Shown here in pieces: positions 48,728 to 58,758 of a stretch of 64,000 nt of DNA (the first letter of the stretch is position 1; every line of letters starts with the position of its first letter). This DNA comes from Myxococcota bacterium (GTDB lineage Bacteria; Myxococcota_C; UBA6777). The stretch is taken from contig JAKLKB010000002.1 of NCBI GenBank assembly GCA_023150835.1, positions 124,001 to 188,000 on the forward strand, written 5' to 3'. The translations under genes and the position numbers were made by a program. The notes under the pieces are model-generated. The model was not told the DNA's origin. It saw only the letters and a list, made by a program, of their open reading frames with translations, and did no database searches.

Positions 48728-48989
48728 GTAGGGGCAGCCCCCATAGGCGTTAGGTGAAGCGGAGGAAAGCCCCCCACCCCGCCCTCCCCCGTGAACAGGG
48801 GAGGGAGCGAAAGTCGGAAGCATCGGGGATTTTGTTTTTTCATGACGCACGCTGTATGCACCAAATGCAGACGCTGCCCCAACTTCCCCCCGTTCACGGG
48901 GGGATTGAGGGGGGGAGAAAAAAAAAGGCGATCAAGACCGACTCTACGAGGTTTCCACCTTAACAAGACGCGTATGGGGGCAGCCCCCG
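48728..48989 (+). mobile_element. Family-2 element, copy 2; MITE/REPIN-like with imperfect ~33-bp terminal inverted repeats
   Basis: Left end GTAGGGGCAGCCCCCATAGGCGTTAGGTGAAGCGGA versus right end TCCACCTTAACAAGACGCGTATGGGGGCAGCCCC; interior homologous to 11648-11853. Confidence 0.6.
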
Positions 48990-49011
48990 TGATTATTTGA
49001 TCCAACGAATT

Positions 49012-49064
49012 CATTCCGTACATTCCGTACATTCCGTACATTCCGTACATTCCGTACATTCCGT
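49012..49064. repeat. 9-bp tandem repeat x6 (CATTCCGTA)
   Basis: Directly visible; the reverse complement TACGGAATG resembles the TACGGAAAG unit at 11.2-11.4 kb. Confidence 0.95.
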
Positions 49065-49463
49065 GCTTTGCGAAGCGCGCAACTCCCGTTGGTCGTTGTC
49101 CGTGGACTCTTCTTTTCGGTATCCTCTGCGTGATGCCCGCGTTTTGTACCCACATCACACAACGGGCGGATCTCGTATCACACCAACGCACAAGCTATGG
49201 AGCCCCTCCCCACGCAGCCCACCCCACGCAAAGAAGCAACACCCGCCACCACCGATGTTGGTGATGCTCACCACGCTCCATGCTGGCAACGCACACCATG
49301 AGCGATGTTGTTGACCTCGCAAGGTGTTTTGTGCTTTTCTGTCGGCCACTCTCGCGCCGACCTCACACAAACACTTCGTTCCAACAACGTTGTACACGCG
49401 GCCCACAAACCAACACAACTCATCTATCACCCTACAACCTTCGGCTGTATCGCAGGCTTTTTG

Positions 49464-50759
49464 ATGAAATCACTCAACCATCTACCCCAACCCCCATCCC
49501 CAACCTCTTCCTCCCACACAAGCCCTTTCTTTCATGCGCAATACCTCGAACGATCCGAGCATTACGCGTATGCCGCCACCTTTTCTATTAGTTGGCTGTT
49601 TCTGTTCGGGCTTTTGGCGCTTGGCCTTGGCATCGCCTACTGGTCTTTGGCAGCGTGGGAAACCTACTTCGTCAACGACCCCTATTACAGGGAGCTACGA
49701 GATCTCACGGCGATCGCAAACGCCACCACTGCCCTTGTGGTCACTCTCCCTCCGCTGATCCTGCTCCAACTACTTTTCCACTCCACCACGCCTTGGGTTC
49801 AACGCGCACAAGCCTATTATGGCGGGCTTTGGGTGGCTTGGTGGCTGACGCTTTGGATCGGTATGGGCCTTCCCTTCGGCGGTTCCGCTGGAACTCTCTC
49901 GATCCTCTCTGTCGCTGCGCTCCTGACGCTCGTTGATCAACGCCGCAATCTTCTGCTCAACAAACAAGCCCCCATCCTCGGTGCGATCGCGCTTTTGCTC
50001 GCGGGCCTACTTTCCTTTCCGATCTTTGGAGCCCTCCTCTGGAAAGCTGCCCCTTGGCTGGCCCTACTCTTGGGCTTTATCGCGATGCGCACCTTCCCCT
50101 TCAAAGACGATCCTCGCGGCATCTTTGTGATCTCTGCGTTGTTTGTGTTTAGCTTTGGCCCTTGGCTCACTACACACCCCCGTTATACGGGGTTTTTGAG
50201 CCTCGCTCGTTACAACGCTCTCGACGACTCCGCCGCACAACACGCCCTCCGCTCCCTCCACACAGATCACAAACACCTTCCCTCCCTCCGCTTTTACGCC
50301 ATGCTCTACCCCCTCACCAAATCCCCTTCCCTCCGACCCCAAACCACTCGCCTGTTGCTCGTGCATTGGTCACAAAATCCCAACCATCGGCCTTTTCCAA
50401 CAGCCTTCCTCCGCCAACATTGCACAGCCCTCGATCTCCCCACCCTCCAAAAACAACTCCATGACTCCATACTCCAAAAACGCCTACTCACCGAGCTCTT
50501 CGCCTACCTCCGCTCCCCTCAAACACGCGACGACGCCCGTTGGCTTCTGCTTGCTCTCCAAAAAAGCTGGCCTCACCATCACCACGCCTTCCAAACACAC
50601 CTTCAACCCGCCACTTTCAAACCTTCCCCTCACCTCTTTCCTCCACCTCGCATACACGCATCCCTCAAAACAGCCCTTCCCTCCGCCACTTCCAAACCCA
50701 CATCCCTCAAAACAGCCCTTCCCTCCGCCACTTCCAAACCCACGACGCAAAGGAAATAG
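49464..50759 (+). CDS. Hypothetical membrane protein (paralog 1), N-terminal TM block plus helical C-terminus
   Basis: About 7 hydrophobic segments; shares motifs with the next ORF; start uncertain. Confidence 0.7.
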   Translation: MKSLNHLPQPPSPTSSSHTSPFFHAQYLERSEHYAYAATFSISWLFLFGLLALGLGIAYWSLAAWETYFVNDPYYRELRDLTAIANATTALVVTLPPLILLQLLFHSTTPWVQRAQAYYGGLWVAWWLTLWIGMGLPFGGSAGTLSILSVAALLTLVDQRRNLLLNKQAPILGAIALLLAGLLSFPIFGALLWKAAPWLALLLGFIAMRTFPFKDDPRGIFVISALFVFSFGPWLTTHPRYTGFLSLARYNALDDSAAQHALRSLHTDHKHLPSLRFYAMLYPLTKSPSLRPQTTRLLLVHWSQNPNHRPFPTAFLRQHCTALDLPTLQKQLHDSILQKRLLTELFAYLRSPQTRDDARWLLLALQKSWPHHHHAFQTHLQPATFKPSPHLFPPPRIHASLKTALPSATSKPTSLKTALPSATSKPTTQRK

Positions 50760-50764
50760 CCTTC

Positions 50765-52699
50765 ATGCACAACGAGACACGGGCTTTCATGCGCCCAAAC
50801 GGCTTTTTTTGGCTTTCTCTTGTGGTGATGGCGGCTGGTTTGGGTTTTTGGGGTCATCTGCATTGGCAAAGCCCGCCTTGGCATGACCAAGCCTCCCTTC
50901 CATTGAGGCTTTCCGCGATCGGTGGGCATGCTCTCTGCGGTGCGTTGTTGATCGGTTTTTTCGTGGGCTTGGCCCCCCTCTCTTTGCGTGCCGCGATCCT
51001 TGAACACCCGCGCCTTTTTGCGATATCGCGAGGATATCTCTTGCTTTGGTGGTGCGTGGCGTGGGCGGGCATGGGCCTTCCGTTGTTTGGGTGGGCGGGG
51101 ATTCTTGTCTGGGGGGTGTGCGCCTTGGTATATGCTTCCCATCAAAACCGCGAAGCGAGCTACGCTGAGACCTTACAAGCCGCCCTTCCCTTCGGTGTTT
51201 TGGGTGGAATGATGATCCAGTTCGCTCCTGCTGCTTTGGCGTGGCTTTGGTGGATCGCCCCTTGGTTCGGGCTTATTCTAGCACTATGCAGTCTCCCGCT
51301 TTGGCGCTGGACCTCCGATACGCGAGGGGCCTTGCTTGGGATCTTGCTTCTGCTCTTTGGGCTTGGCCCTTGGCTCGCTCGTGAACAGCGATACACAAAC
51401 GCCCTCTCTCTCGCCCAATCTTCCGATCTTCAACCCGCGACTCTCCGCCCTTTCCTTCGCCGTCTCGTCCAAGAAACCGCGATCCCCACCTCTCACACTC
51501 AAAAGCTCTTCGGTCTCTTTGTGGCTCGGCCCAATACACAACACGAAGCCCTCCGCTGTCTTCTCCTCCATTGGACCCGCCGATCGACCCCTTCTGCTCT
51601 TCCGCAACCCCTCCTTCAACAGATCACTTGGAACGCACGCACCGAACGCCTCTTGCGCGAACAACTGCTCCCGCACCCTTCCCATCAAGCGGCTCTACGA
51701 CAACAAGCCCTCGCCCTGCTTTCTTCTCCCCAAGACGCTCCGCTCGCAGCGCATCTGTTGTCTTTCTTTGCTCGCCACCTCCCACAACATCGCCCCATAC
51801 TCTCCGCTTCGATCTCCACCCTTTACTTCTCTTCCACACACCAAGATCCCCTTTACATCGACCTTCTCCGATCACTGCTCCAACCCATACACGGAAAAGA
51901 CGCATCCATCGCGCTTTTGCGCTTCTTTTTTCAGCACCACCCCCAACAGCCCGACGCCCAAAAACAACAATGGCTCCGCGCTCTCCTTTCCTTAAACGCC
52001 CAAGACACCGCACTCTTGCGACGCACCTTCTCCGAACCCATCCGCGCACAGATCCGACAGCACTTGCGATCCCTCGACACACCACAACAGATCCTTGGGA
52101 TGCAGCTACTCGCCCACCTCGGCCACTCCGACTCCGAGTGGCTCGCCACCTTTTGGGATACCCTGCCCCCCTCTTTTTTGGACACCAAGCTGCGCCATCC
52201 TCATCCTTCTTTGCGCGCCTACGCCCACGCCCTGCGTTTCCAGCAATGGGCCTCTTACCCCTTACGCAACCAACAACTCCTCCAAGCCCTCCGAGATCCC
52301 TCCCCGCTCGTCCGACACCTCGCCCTCTCCGCCTTCCCTTCCATCCACCAACAACTCCAACACATCGCTCCGCTCGCCCCCATCGATCCTCGCCTCCATC
52401 CCTTGCTCTTCCAAACTGCCCTTCAAGCACTCCGCGCACAACCCCAAGATATCGAACCCATCGCTTACACCCTCTCCCGTCTCCACCTCACAACCACCCA
52501 AAAACAACAAGCCTTCTCCGCTGCCAAAACACTCCTCCCCCTCCAACAAGCCCGATCTGCCCGTTTTCTCCGCTCTCTCTTTGCTCTGCTCGCCACCCTC
52601 GAACCCCAACCCACCACACGCCCCACCACGCAACCTATCACGCGCCCCACCACACAACCCATCACGCGCCCCACCGCACGCCCCGCCCCAGCACGATAA
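50765..52699 (+). CDS. Hypothetical membrane protein (paralog 2) with a HEAT-like C-terminal region
   Basis: WW...W.GMGLP, APW, D.RG, GPWL....RYT and LLLHW shared with the upstream ORF; 'ALRDPSPLVRHLAL' is HEAT-like. Confidence 0.75.
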   Translation: MHNETRAFMRPNGFFWLSLVVMAAGLGFWGHLHWQSPPWHDQASLPLRLSAIGGHALCGALLIGFFVGLAPLSLRAAILEHPRLFAISRGYLLLWWCVAWAGMGLPLFGWAGILVWGVCALVYASHQNREASYAETLQAALPFGVLGGMMIQFAPAALAWLWWIAPWFGLILALCSLPLWRWTSDTRGALLGILLLLFGLGPWLAREQRYTNALSLAQSSDLQPATLRPFLRRLVQETAIPTSHTQKLFGLFVARPNTQHEALRCLLLHWTRRSTPSALPQPLLQQITWNARTERLLREQLLPHPSHQAALRQQALALLSSPQDAPLAAHLLSFFARHLPQHRPILSASISTLYFSSTHQDPLYIDLLRSLLQPIHGKDASIALLRFFFQHHPQQPDAQKQQWLRALLSLNAQDTALLRRTFSEPIRAQIRQHLRSLDTPQQILGMQLLAHLGHSDSEWLATFWDTLPPSFLDTKLRHPHPSLRAYAHALRFQQWASYPLRNQQLLQALRDPSPLVRHLALSAFPSIHQQLQHIAPLAPIDPRLHPLLFQTALQALRAQPQDIEPIAYTLSRLHLTTTQKQQAFSAAKTLLPLQQARSARFLRSLFALLATLEPQPTTRPTTQPITRPTTQPITRPTARPAPAR

Positions 52700-52703
52700 A
52701 TGT

Positions 52704-53750
52704 CTACTTGATACAACGCAACAGCCCGACATCGCAGCGTTGGCCGGTTGCGCAGTCGCTGTCCTGCAAGCAACCGAGACACACGCGGCGCTGGCCGAAG
52801 GTCAAGCATTTGTCGTAGCCAACAGCAACGCATTGGCTATCGTTGTTGCAAGGACGTGCTTGACATTCTCCTCCGAGGCAGCGGGGAAATCCTGACGCAC
52901 AATCGGCGTCCTTCGTGCATTGAACGCAGCGCTTTTCGGTCGAACAAAATGGCAGAGCGATCGAACAATCGCTGGCGTCTTTGCACCCACACGATCCCTC
53001 GACACATCGGGGCTTTTGCGGATCACCAAGACAATCGTCTGCGCTCGTACATTCGACACAAGCCCCTTCGTTGCAACGCTTCCCCTCGCCACAGTCTTGG
53101 TCTTTCTCGCACGCAGGCTTGCAAGTCCATGTCTTCTCATCGCACTTTGGCGTAGGTGCTTTGCAGTCTGCGCTCGTCACACATTGCACGCAAAACAGCG
53201 CTCCACTCGAATCTTTGCGACACTTTTGACCTGTGGGGCAAGAGCAACCCGCACAGATCCCGCTCAAACATTGGGGGGCATTTTCGCTTGAACAATCCCG
53301 ATCATCGCGGCATTGCACGCACACATTGGACTCACAATAACTGCGATCCTTGCTGCTACAATCCCCGTTGCCTCGGCATTGCACACACACGCCTGTTTGA
53401 CAAAAAGGTCGTGCCGTTCCGCAATCGCTATCCGCGATGCACTCAAAGTCTCGCTTACACAAGTTGCACACAAGGCAAGTTTTGGCGGTGGGACGACCAT
53501 CGCTGTTGTTTTGGCGCTCCCAACATTCCCCGCACAATCGGGCTTTTTCGCGCTCCAATGTACACGTTCGCACCGTACTCCACTTGTTGTTCGAGTCGTA
53601 AGTATAAGTGATCTTGCAAGTGCCTTCGTATTCGCAACGATTGTCTTCTTCTTTTTCGCTTGGTTGGCAGGCCCCCGCCCACACAACAAACCACCACGCG
53701 ATCAGAGATATCCGCAACCACCGAATGTTCTGGATGGATCTAGGCTGCAT
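52704..53750 (-). CDS. Cys-rich repeat lipoprotein (myxobacterial type)
   Basis: Lipobox WAGAC; tandem CVQC..D.DC.....C...C modules. Confidence 0.8.
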   Translation of the reverse strand: MQPRSIQNIRWLRISLIAWWFVVWAGACQPSEKEEDNRCEYEGTCKITYTYDSNNKWSTVRTCTLEREKARLCGECWERQNNSDGRPTAKTCLVCNLCKRDFECIADSDCGTARPFCQTGVCVQCRGNGDCSSKDRSYCESNVCVQCRDDRDCSSENAPQCLSGICAGCSCPTGQKCRKDSSGALFCVQCVTSADCKAPTPKCDEKTWTCKPACEKDQDCGEGKRCNEGACVECTSADDCLGDPQKPRCVEGSCGCKDASDCSIALPFCSTEKRCVQCTKDADCASGFPRCLGGECQARPCNNDSQCVAVGYDKCLTFGQRRVCLGCLQDSDCATGQRCDVGLLRCIK

Positions 53751-53822
53751 CAAGCGCTCTTTTCTTTACTTTCATGGCCCGCGTCCCTCCCCAACGGAGC
53801 CATCGCGTCCAAGGGATGGGGA

Positions 53823-54233
53823 TTAGAGGACATCGCGCCCAGTCATGGCTTTCAAATACGGCGTATTGACCGCCGTCAATTGTTGTGGGTCTGCGTAGAT
53901 CTCTTCGACGTAATCACTTTCCCACAACACTTTTTCGATCTCTTTGTTGAGGAAGTCGAGCGCAGCATCAAACACAGGAAAAGACTTCGAGTGGGCGACG
54001 GCCTCGACTGCGCGCTTGTGCGTCACTTCACCGTCGATGTTTTTTTGGAAGATCAAGCGTTCTGCTTCATTTTCCAGATCGCGGTAGCGATCGATGTAAT
54101 CTTCGATGGTCGTCTCGATCTCACGACAGAGTTTTCCCGTCGCCCCCGGGGCGATCTCCACCATCTCTTCATTCATCCAACGCTCGACCATCAGTTGAAC
54201 TTGGGTATTCACACGACGGTGATCAAAACGCAT
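53823..54233 (-). CDS. DUF507-like protein
   Basis: MRF... start with GGAGG SD; ...LWESDYVEEIYAD C-terminal motif recalled from DUF507 members. Confidence 0.65.
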   Translation of the reverse strand: MRFDHRRVNTQVQLMVERWMNEEMVEIAPGATGKLCREIETTIEDYIDRYRDLENEAERLIFQKNIDGEVTHKRAVEAVAHSKSFPVFDAALDFLNKEIEKVLWESDYVEEIYADPQQLTAVNTPYLKAMTGRDVL

Positions 54234-54435
54234 AATCGCCATCCTCCGCAAATGAGTAAGGGTTGAAAACTCCGAATCTATCGGTGTTTCGCGATGGCTG
54301 CCCTCGCCTCTTCTCGGAAACGGCAGCCCTACAACCTAGCACAACGGTCCGAAGGCGAGGTTCTATCGTACGCGACGAAGGCCCACCATAACCAACATCC
54401 CACAGCACGTCTAGTCTTTTTGCAAAGCGCAAGGA

Positions 54436-56103
54436 TCAGGCGTCGGAGTCTTCGGATGGATCGAAGAAGATGCGTTCTTGGTGTTCTTGTTCTTCCCGTC
54501 CTTCTTCGTGATAAGAGCCGCCACCTTCGGGAAGTTCGATGCGACGACTGGGCCGGTCAAACAAGTCGATCAACAGGGCCTCAGCATCGTCATCTCCTGC
54601 TTTGGCGAGGTTGGTGGCGATCATCGCAGCGATCAATTGGAGCATCTCTGCGGACATACACGACGAAGCCCCTTGTTTGATCAACATATCTTTAATCTTG
54701 TCCATCAACTTGCGCTGCCCGGGCTTTTTTAACACCTTGGTCAACAGGCTCATCAACTCACCCGAAGGGATCACGCCCTGTTGAGCGAGGCTTGCGATGC
54801 GGTTTGAGATCCCCGTCACGTCGTGCAACATCACGGTATGCAGGTTTTGTAAAGCCACCGCCTCTTGGGCGCTGGCCCATTTGAAGACCAACTGTTTGAG
54901 CTGCTGACGCGGAGAGTCGGGCGTTCCGTCTTGGGCGGATGTTTGGGTCGTTGCGTTCATCAACAGATCTTGAACCGAACCCGAAGTCGGCTTGTCGGTG
55001 GTTTGGGCTGCGGTCTGTGCGCTCGCTGCGGTCTGTGCGCTCGCTGCCGTCTGTGGGAGAGCTTGGGAAAGCTCCGCTTTGTTTTGTGAAAGCTGCGCCA
55101 TCCCCGCCCCAAGAGTCGCGGTTTGGGCAGTCGTCTGTAAGGTCGATGGTGCAGCCTCCTTCCCACCACCCAACGAGGCATCTGCTTTTCCTGACGCACC
55201 TTGCGCGAGATTGTTTTGAAGGGATGCCTTGTCTGCGGCCTTTTCGGTCGACGCGCCTTGTGCCGAGGCTTGGGCCAGTCCCTTTTCAGCGGTCGACTGT
55301 GTACTCTCTGCGGCTTTTCCTTGCAAAAGGCTTGTTGACTTCGCAGCCTCGGAAAGCCCCTTGCTGTCGAGTCCTTGGGGCTGTGGCAGCGTACCATTTG
55401 AGGAAGTCAGCTTCGCTCCGCCGCTTCCGAGCGGATCCGCCATCCCCGTAGAATGAGCCGCTTTCGTTTGGCCCGACATCCCGACCGAAGCACCTTTGGC
55501 GGCGTTTTGCGACGAAAGGCTATCGCCTTGGGCAGTTCGTGTCCCCTCGGATGCGCCCTGCAAAACGCTGCGCTGGATGGCGCGTGCTTGCGGCGTGCTT
55601 TTTGGGGCCAACAGCCCTTTGTCCTCTTGGCCCTTGGGATCGGCCTTTGCGTCTTTCCCCGATTTCAGCTTCCCACCAAGATCCCCAAATCCAATCGCCG
55701 TTCCTGCCTTGCCATCGGCCTTTCCAACATCCCCCTCCATCTTTCCCTTTTCGAGGGCTTTTTCAGCAATCAAAAATCCCAACCCCGCCTTGCTCAAACC
55801 CGCGCTCGACAAGATGTCATCCTTGCTCAACAAGTTCCCGAGCGTCGGGGCTTCTGCGCCCAAAAGCTTCGTCGTTTGATGCGTTTCAAAACTGCCCTTT
55901 TGAGGGGCTTGTGTTGGAGAGACGGTTGGCGATGGGTTGGTTTGAGCGGTAGCTTCGCCCTTTGCGACACCTTCGCTGCCTTGGGGGGAACCCTGAATCG
56001 TCCCGCCTCCTTGCGCGGGGCCTTTCGCAATCGTCCCATCCGTCAACGGAGGCATCCCTCCTTGGAGCATCGGTGTGGGTGGGGGTGAGATGATCCGCGA
56101 CAT
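54436..56103 (-). CDS. Hypothetical Ala/Gly/Gln/Ser/Thr-rich low-complexity protein with a helical C-terminal domain
   Basis: ORF of ~555 aa; GAGGA SD before ATG 56103. Confidence 0.72.
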   Translation of the reverse strand: MSRIISPPPTPMLQGGMPPLTDGTIAKGPAQGGGTIQGSPQGSEGVAKGEATAQTNPSPTVSPTQAPQKGSFETHQTTKLLGAEAPTLGNLLSKDDILSSAGLSKAGLGFLIAEKALEKGKMEGDVGKADGKAGTAIGFGDLGGKLKSGKDAKADPKGQEDKGLLAPKSTPQARAIQRSVLQGASEGTRTAQGDSLSSQNAAKGASVGMSGQTKAAHSTGMADPLGSGGAKLTSSNGTLPQPQGLDSKGLSEAAKSTSLLQGKAAESTQSTAEKGLAQASAQGASTEKAADKASLQNNLAQGASGKADASLGGGKEAAPSTLQTTAQTATLGAGMAQLSQNKAELSQALPQTAASAQTAASAQTAAQTTDKPTSGSVQDLLMNATTQTSAQDGTPDSPRQQLKQLVFKWASAQEAVALQNLHTVMLHDVTGISNRIASLAQQGVIPSGELMSLLTKVLKKPGQRKLMDKIKDMLIKQGASSCMSAEMLQLIAAMIATNLAKAGDDDAEALLIDLFDRPSRRIELPEGGGSYHEEGREEQEHQERIFFDPSEDSDA

Positions 56104-56331
56104 GTGTTTGTCCTCGCAAAAAAACGCTGTGAAGCGCACTCCGACCCAACGAAGCGCATCAAGTATCTTGTTGATATAGCCGCTTTTTTGCGCAAAAAGC
56201 AACTTCCTCTCTGATCATCCTCGCCAAATCTCCCCCCAAAGTTGCGCCCGCCACGCTGGTTTGCTTTCTGACCTCTTGCATCGTATACATCCCTGCACGT
56301 TCTCTTTGGTGCCACTTGTCGGATGAGTTTT

Positions 56332-56452
56332 GTGGGGCCTTGCCCCACACCCCACAAGGGGTCGCGACCCCCTTGACCCCATATCGGCGAACAGATCATC
56401 GTTTTTCACACCAACGACTCTCTCGCTTGAACAGGCCCGAACACTGGGGTTT
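56332..56452 (+). repeat. Family-1 element, copy E
   Basis: GTGGGGC-CTT-GCCCCAC ACCCCAC AAGGGGTCGCGACCCCCTT GACCCCATAT...CGAACAC. Confidence 0.92.
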
Positions 56453-56526
56453 CCTCTCTCCCATCCAACCCTAGCCCAAGAGTTCCGCCACATCTCGTCA
56501 ACCACCCATCATAAGGACTGAAACGG

Positions 56527-57234
56527 ATGTCATCGCCTTTTTATACGAATACTTCGACGCCACCGCTTTTTCGCACACTTTTTTCTTTGGAGGGCATTGG
56601 CTTCGCTTCGATCATCTTGGTGTTTTGGGCGTTTTGGGGTGTCCCTTGTGCCTACGCGACCCCTGTCACCCCTCCCATCGAGCGTTCCGCGTCCAACCCG
56701 CCGCCCACCCAAAGCTCTCCCATCTCCCCATCCATGCGGGTTTTGTGGCGACTCCATCAAGAACAGCTCCGCCTTGTCGACACCAGCGTCCTGTACAAAG
56801 GCCCCAAAAAAATGGAGCTGACCTTCTTAGGCGGCGGTTACGAATCGATCTTCCAAAGCTCCCCCAAAGCCTTGCGCCTCGCGGGTAGCTTTCACGGCCT
56901 ACAGATCGGTGGTTTCGTCCTCAGTTCGATCGGCCTTGGAGCCACTCTCGCAGGAACCTTGATCGTGATCATTACTCCCCAAGCCGTCGTCCAACCCACT
57001 GCAGGCGGCGTTTTGGGTCCTGAACTTTTTTGGGGCCTACTGCTCGGTGGAACCGCCCTCAGCTTGATCGGCTCCATCCTTGCGCAAAGCTCCTACGGTA
57101 TGCTTTATCGCGCCGTCGATATCTATAACCGCGAAACCTTCGAGAAGATCTTTCGTGACGCCAACCAAGGACAACTCCCCCAAGCCCACACACTCCCGAA
57201 ACGACGCACCCTTCTCTATGCCGCCACCCCCTAA
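56527..57234 (+). CDS. Hypothetical membrane protein
   Basis: Signal-like N-terminus and two Gly-rich TM segments followed by AVDIYN; AAGGA SD. Confidence 0.7.
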   Translation: MSSPFYTNTSTPPLFRTLFSLEGIGFASIILVFWAFWGVPCAYATPVTPPIERSASNPPPTQSSPISPSMRVLWRLHQEQLRLVDTSVLYKGPKKMELTFLGGGYESIFQSSPKALRLAGSFHGLQIGGFVLSSIGLGATLAGTLIVIITPQAVVQPTAGGVLGPELFWGLLLGGTALSLIGSILAQSSYGMLYRAVDIYNRETFEKIFRDANQGQLPQAHTLPKRRTLLYAATP

Positions 57235-57314
57235 TCCGCTCCTTCCCAAAAGACACAACACCCCGAAAATCCCCATGTACACGCCAACTCAAGCCAAACA
57301 GACACAACATCGCC

Positions 57315-57438
57315 AAAATCCCCGTGTTCGCGCTCGACCAAGCGGCTGTGCTGTCGGTTTGAAGAACGTCGGTTCGCCCCATCGATACGGGGTCAAGGGA
57401 GCCGCGCTAAGGGCGCGGGGTACGGGGCAGCGCCCCAA
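57315..57438 (-). repeat. Family-1 element, copy F (inverted; hairpin-2 left arm altered)
   Basis: Reverse complement TTGGGGC-GCT-GCCCCGT ACCCCGC GCCCTTAGCGCGGCTCCCTT GACCCCGTAT...CGCGAACACGGGG. Confidence 0.9.
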
Positions 57439-57470
57439 ACAAACAAATCGTGCAAGAGATCCTACCCCAA

Positions 57471-58427
57471 CTAGAGATGTTTCGACAACATCTCCATCAA
57501 GCGCACAAAAGGTCGAGTGCGTTGCATGATGTAAAAGTGCAGGATGGGTGCGCCTTTTTCGAGCAGATCCATCGCTTGACGATAGGCCCATTCGACGCCG
57601 ACTTGCGTCACTTCGGCGGGGGTGGTGGCCTCCATGACGCTTTGGGTCAATTCATAGGGGATATCGATGTGAAAGGAGCGGGGGATCGAAGTGAGTTGCT
57701 GCTTCGAGGTCATGATCTTGAGGCCGGGGATGATCGGCATGGTGATGCCGAACTTGCGAGCGCGATCGCAAAAATCGAAATAAGACTGGTTGTCATAAAA
57801 CATCTGCGTCACCGCAAACTGCGCACCCGCCTCTTGTTTTTTCTTCAACATCTCCAGATCGAACATCCGATTGGGCGCTTCAAAGTGTTTTTCAGGGTAA
57901 GCCGCCACACCGACGCAAAAGTTTGTTTTTGCGGCATCCATCAACTGTTCTTGGTACACACCGTGATTCATGTTGACGATCTGCTGCACAAGATCCGAGG
58001 CGTAGGTGTTGCAGGTACGCCCGGGCGCAAGCTCGCGCTTTGGCTTACCATCCCCTCGGATCGCCAACAGGTTTTCGATCCCCAAGTAGTTGAGTTCGAT
58101 CAGCGCATCTTCGGTTTCTTCGCGGGTAAAGCCTGCGCACAAGATGTGAGGAACGGGTTCAATGTTGTACTTATATTTGATCACTGCACAAAGGCCGAAA
58201 GTTCCCGGGCTTTTGCGCCGTGTTCGCCGATGAAACGTGCCATCGGGTCGCTCTTCCCACGCGATATCCGCCGCATGGCTTGTCACGTTCACAAACGGCG
58301 GATTAAAGGGCCGAATGGATTCGATGGCTTCGTGAAATTCGGTAATATTTCCCCCTCGCTTGGGCGGGATGATCTCGACGCTAACTTGGGGATTTCGGGC
58401 GGATTGGATATGATCGATCACTTTCAT
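57471..58427 (-). CDS. metF: 5,10-methylenetetrahydrofolate reductase
   Basis: SVEIIPPK, VNVT, PHILC, LAIRGD, VAAYPEKH, AVTQMFYD, IIPG, LHFY; start at MKVIDH. Confidence 0.94.
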   Translation of the reverse strand: MKVIDHIQSARNPQVSVEIIPPKRGGNITEFHEAIESIRPFNPPFVNVTSHAADIAWEERPDGTFHRRTRRKSPGTFGLCAVIKYKYNIEPVPHILCAGFTREETEDALIELNYLGIENLLAIRGDGKPKRELAPGRTCNTYASDLVQQIVNMNHGVYQEQLMDAAKTNFCVGVAAYPEKHFEAPNRMFDLEMLKKKQEAGAQFAVTQMFYDNQSYFDFCDRARKFGITMPIIPGLKIMTSKQQLTSIPRSFHIDIPYELTQSVMEATTPAEVTQVGVEWAYRQAMDLLEKGAPILHFYIMQRTRPFVRLMEMLSKHL

Positions 58428-58758
58428 CCGAGAGACCTTTGATGGTGCCTTGGGGGAGTCAAAAACCAAGGTAAACCATCCAAAACAAATGTTTTTTCCA
58501 CAAAGCAACCACTTTCGCACAGGTTGCTTGATCTTGCGTGGTTGTCACCATATACCCCTTCGCAAATTTTTCAAGAAGAAAGGAGGCCCAGCACAGCACG
58601 CGATAGCCCGCACATCGCTCCAAACGACTTCCGCAACACCAAGAGCAAAAACGTGATTTCTTCTTCCCCCTTTCGCTGGCCGATCTTTTTCCGTATGCTT
58701 TGGCACACCACAGCGCGCCGCGCCTCAACGCCAACACAACCAAACCAAAGGAGCGGGA

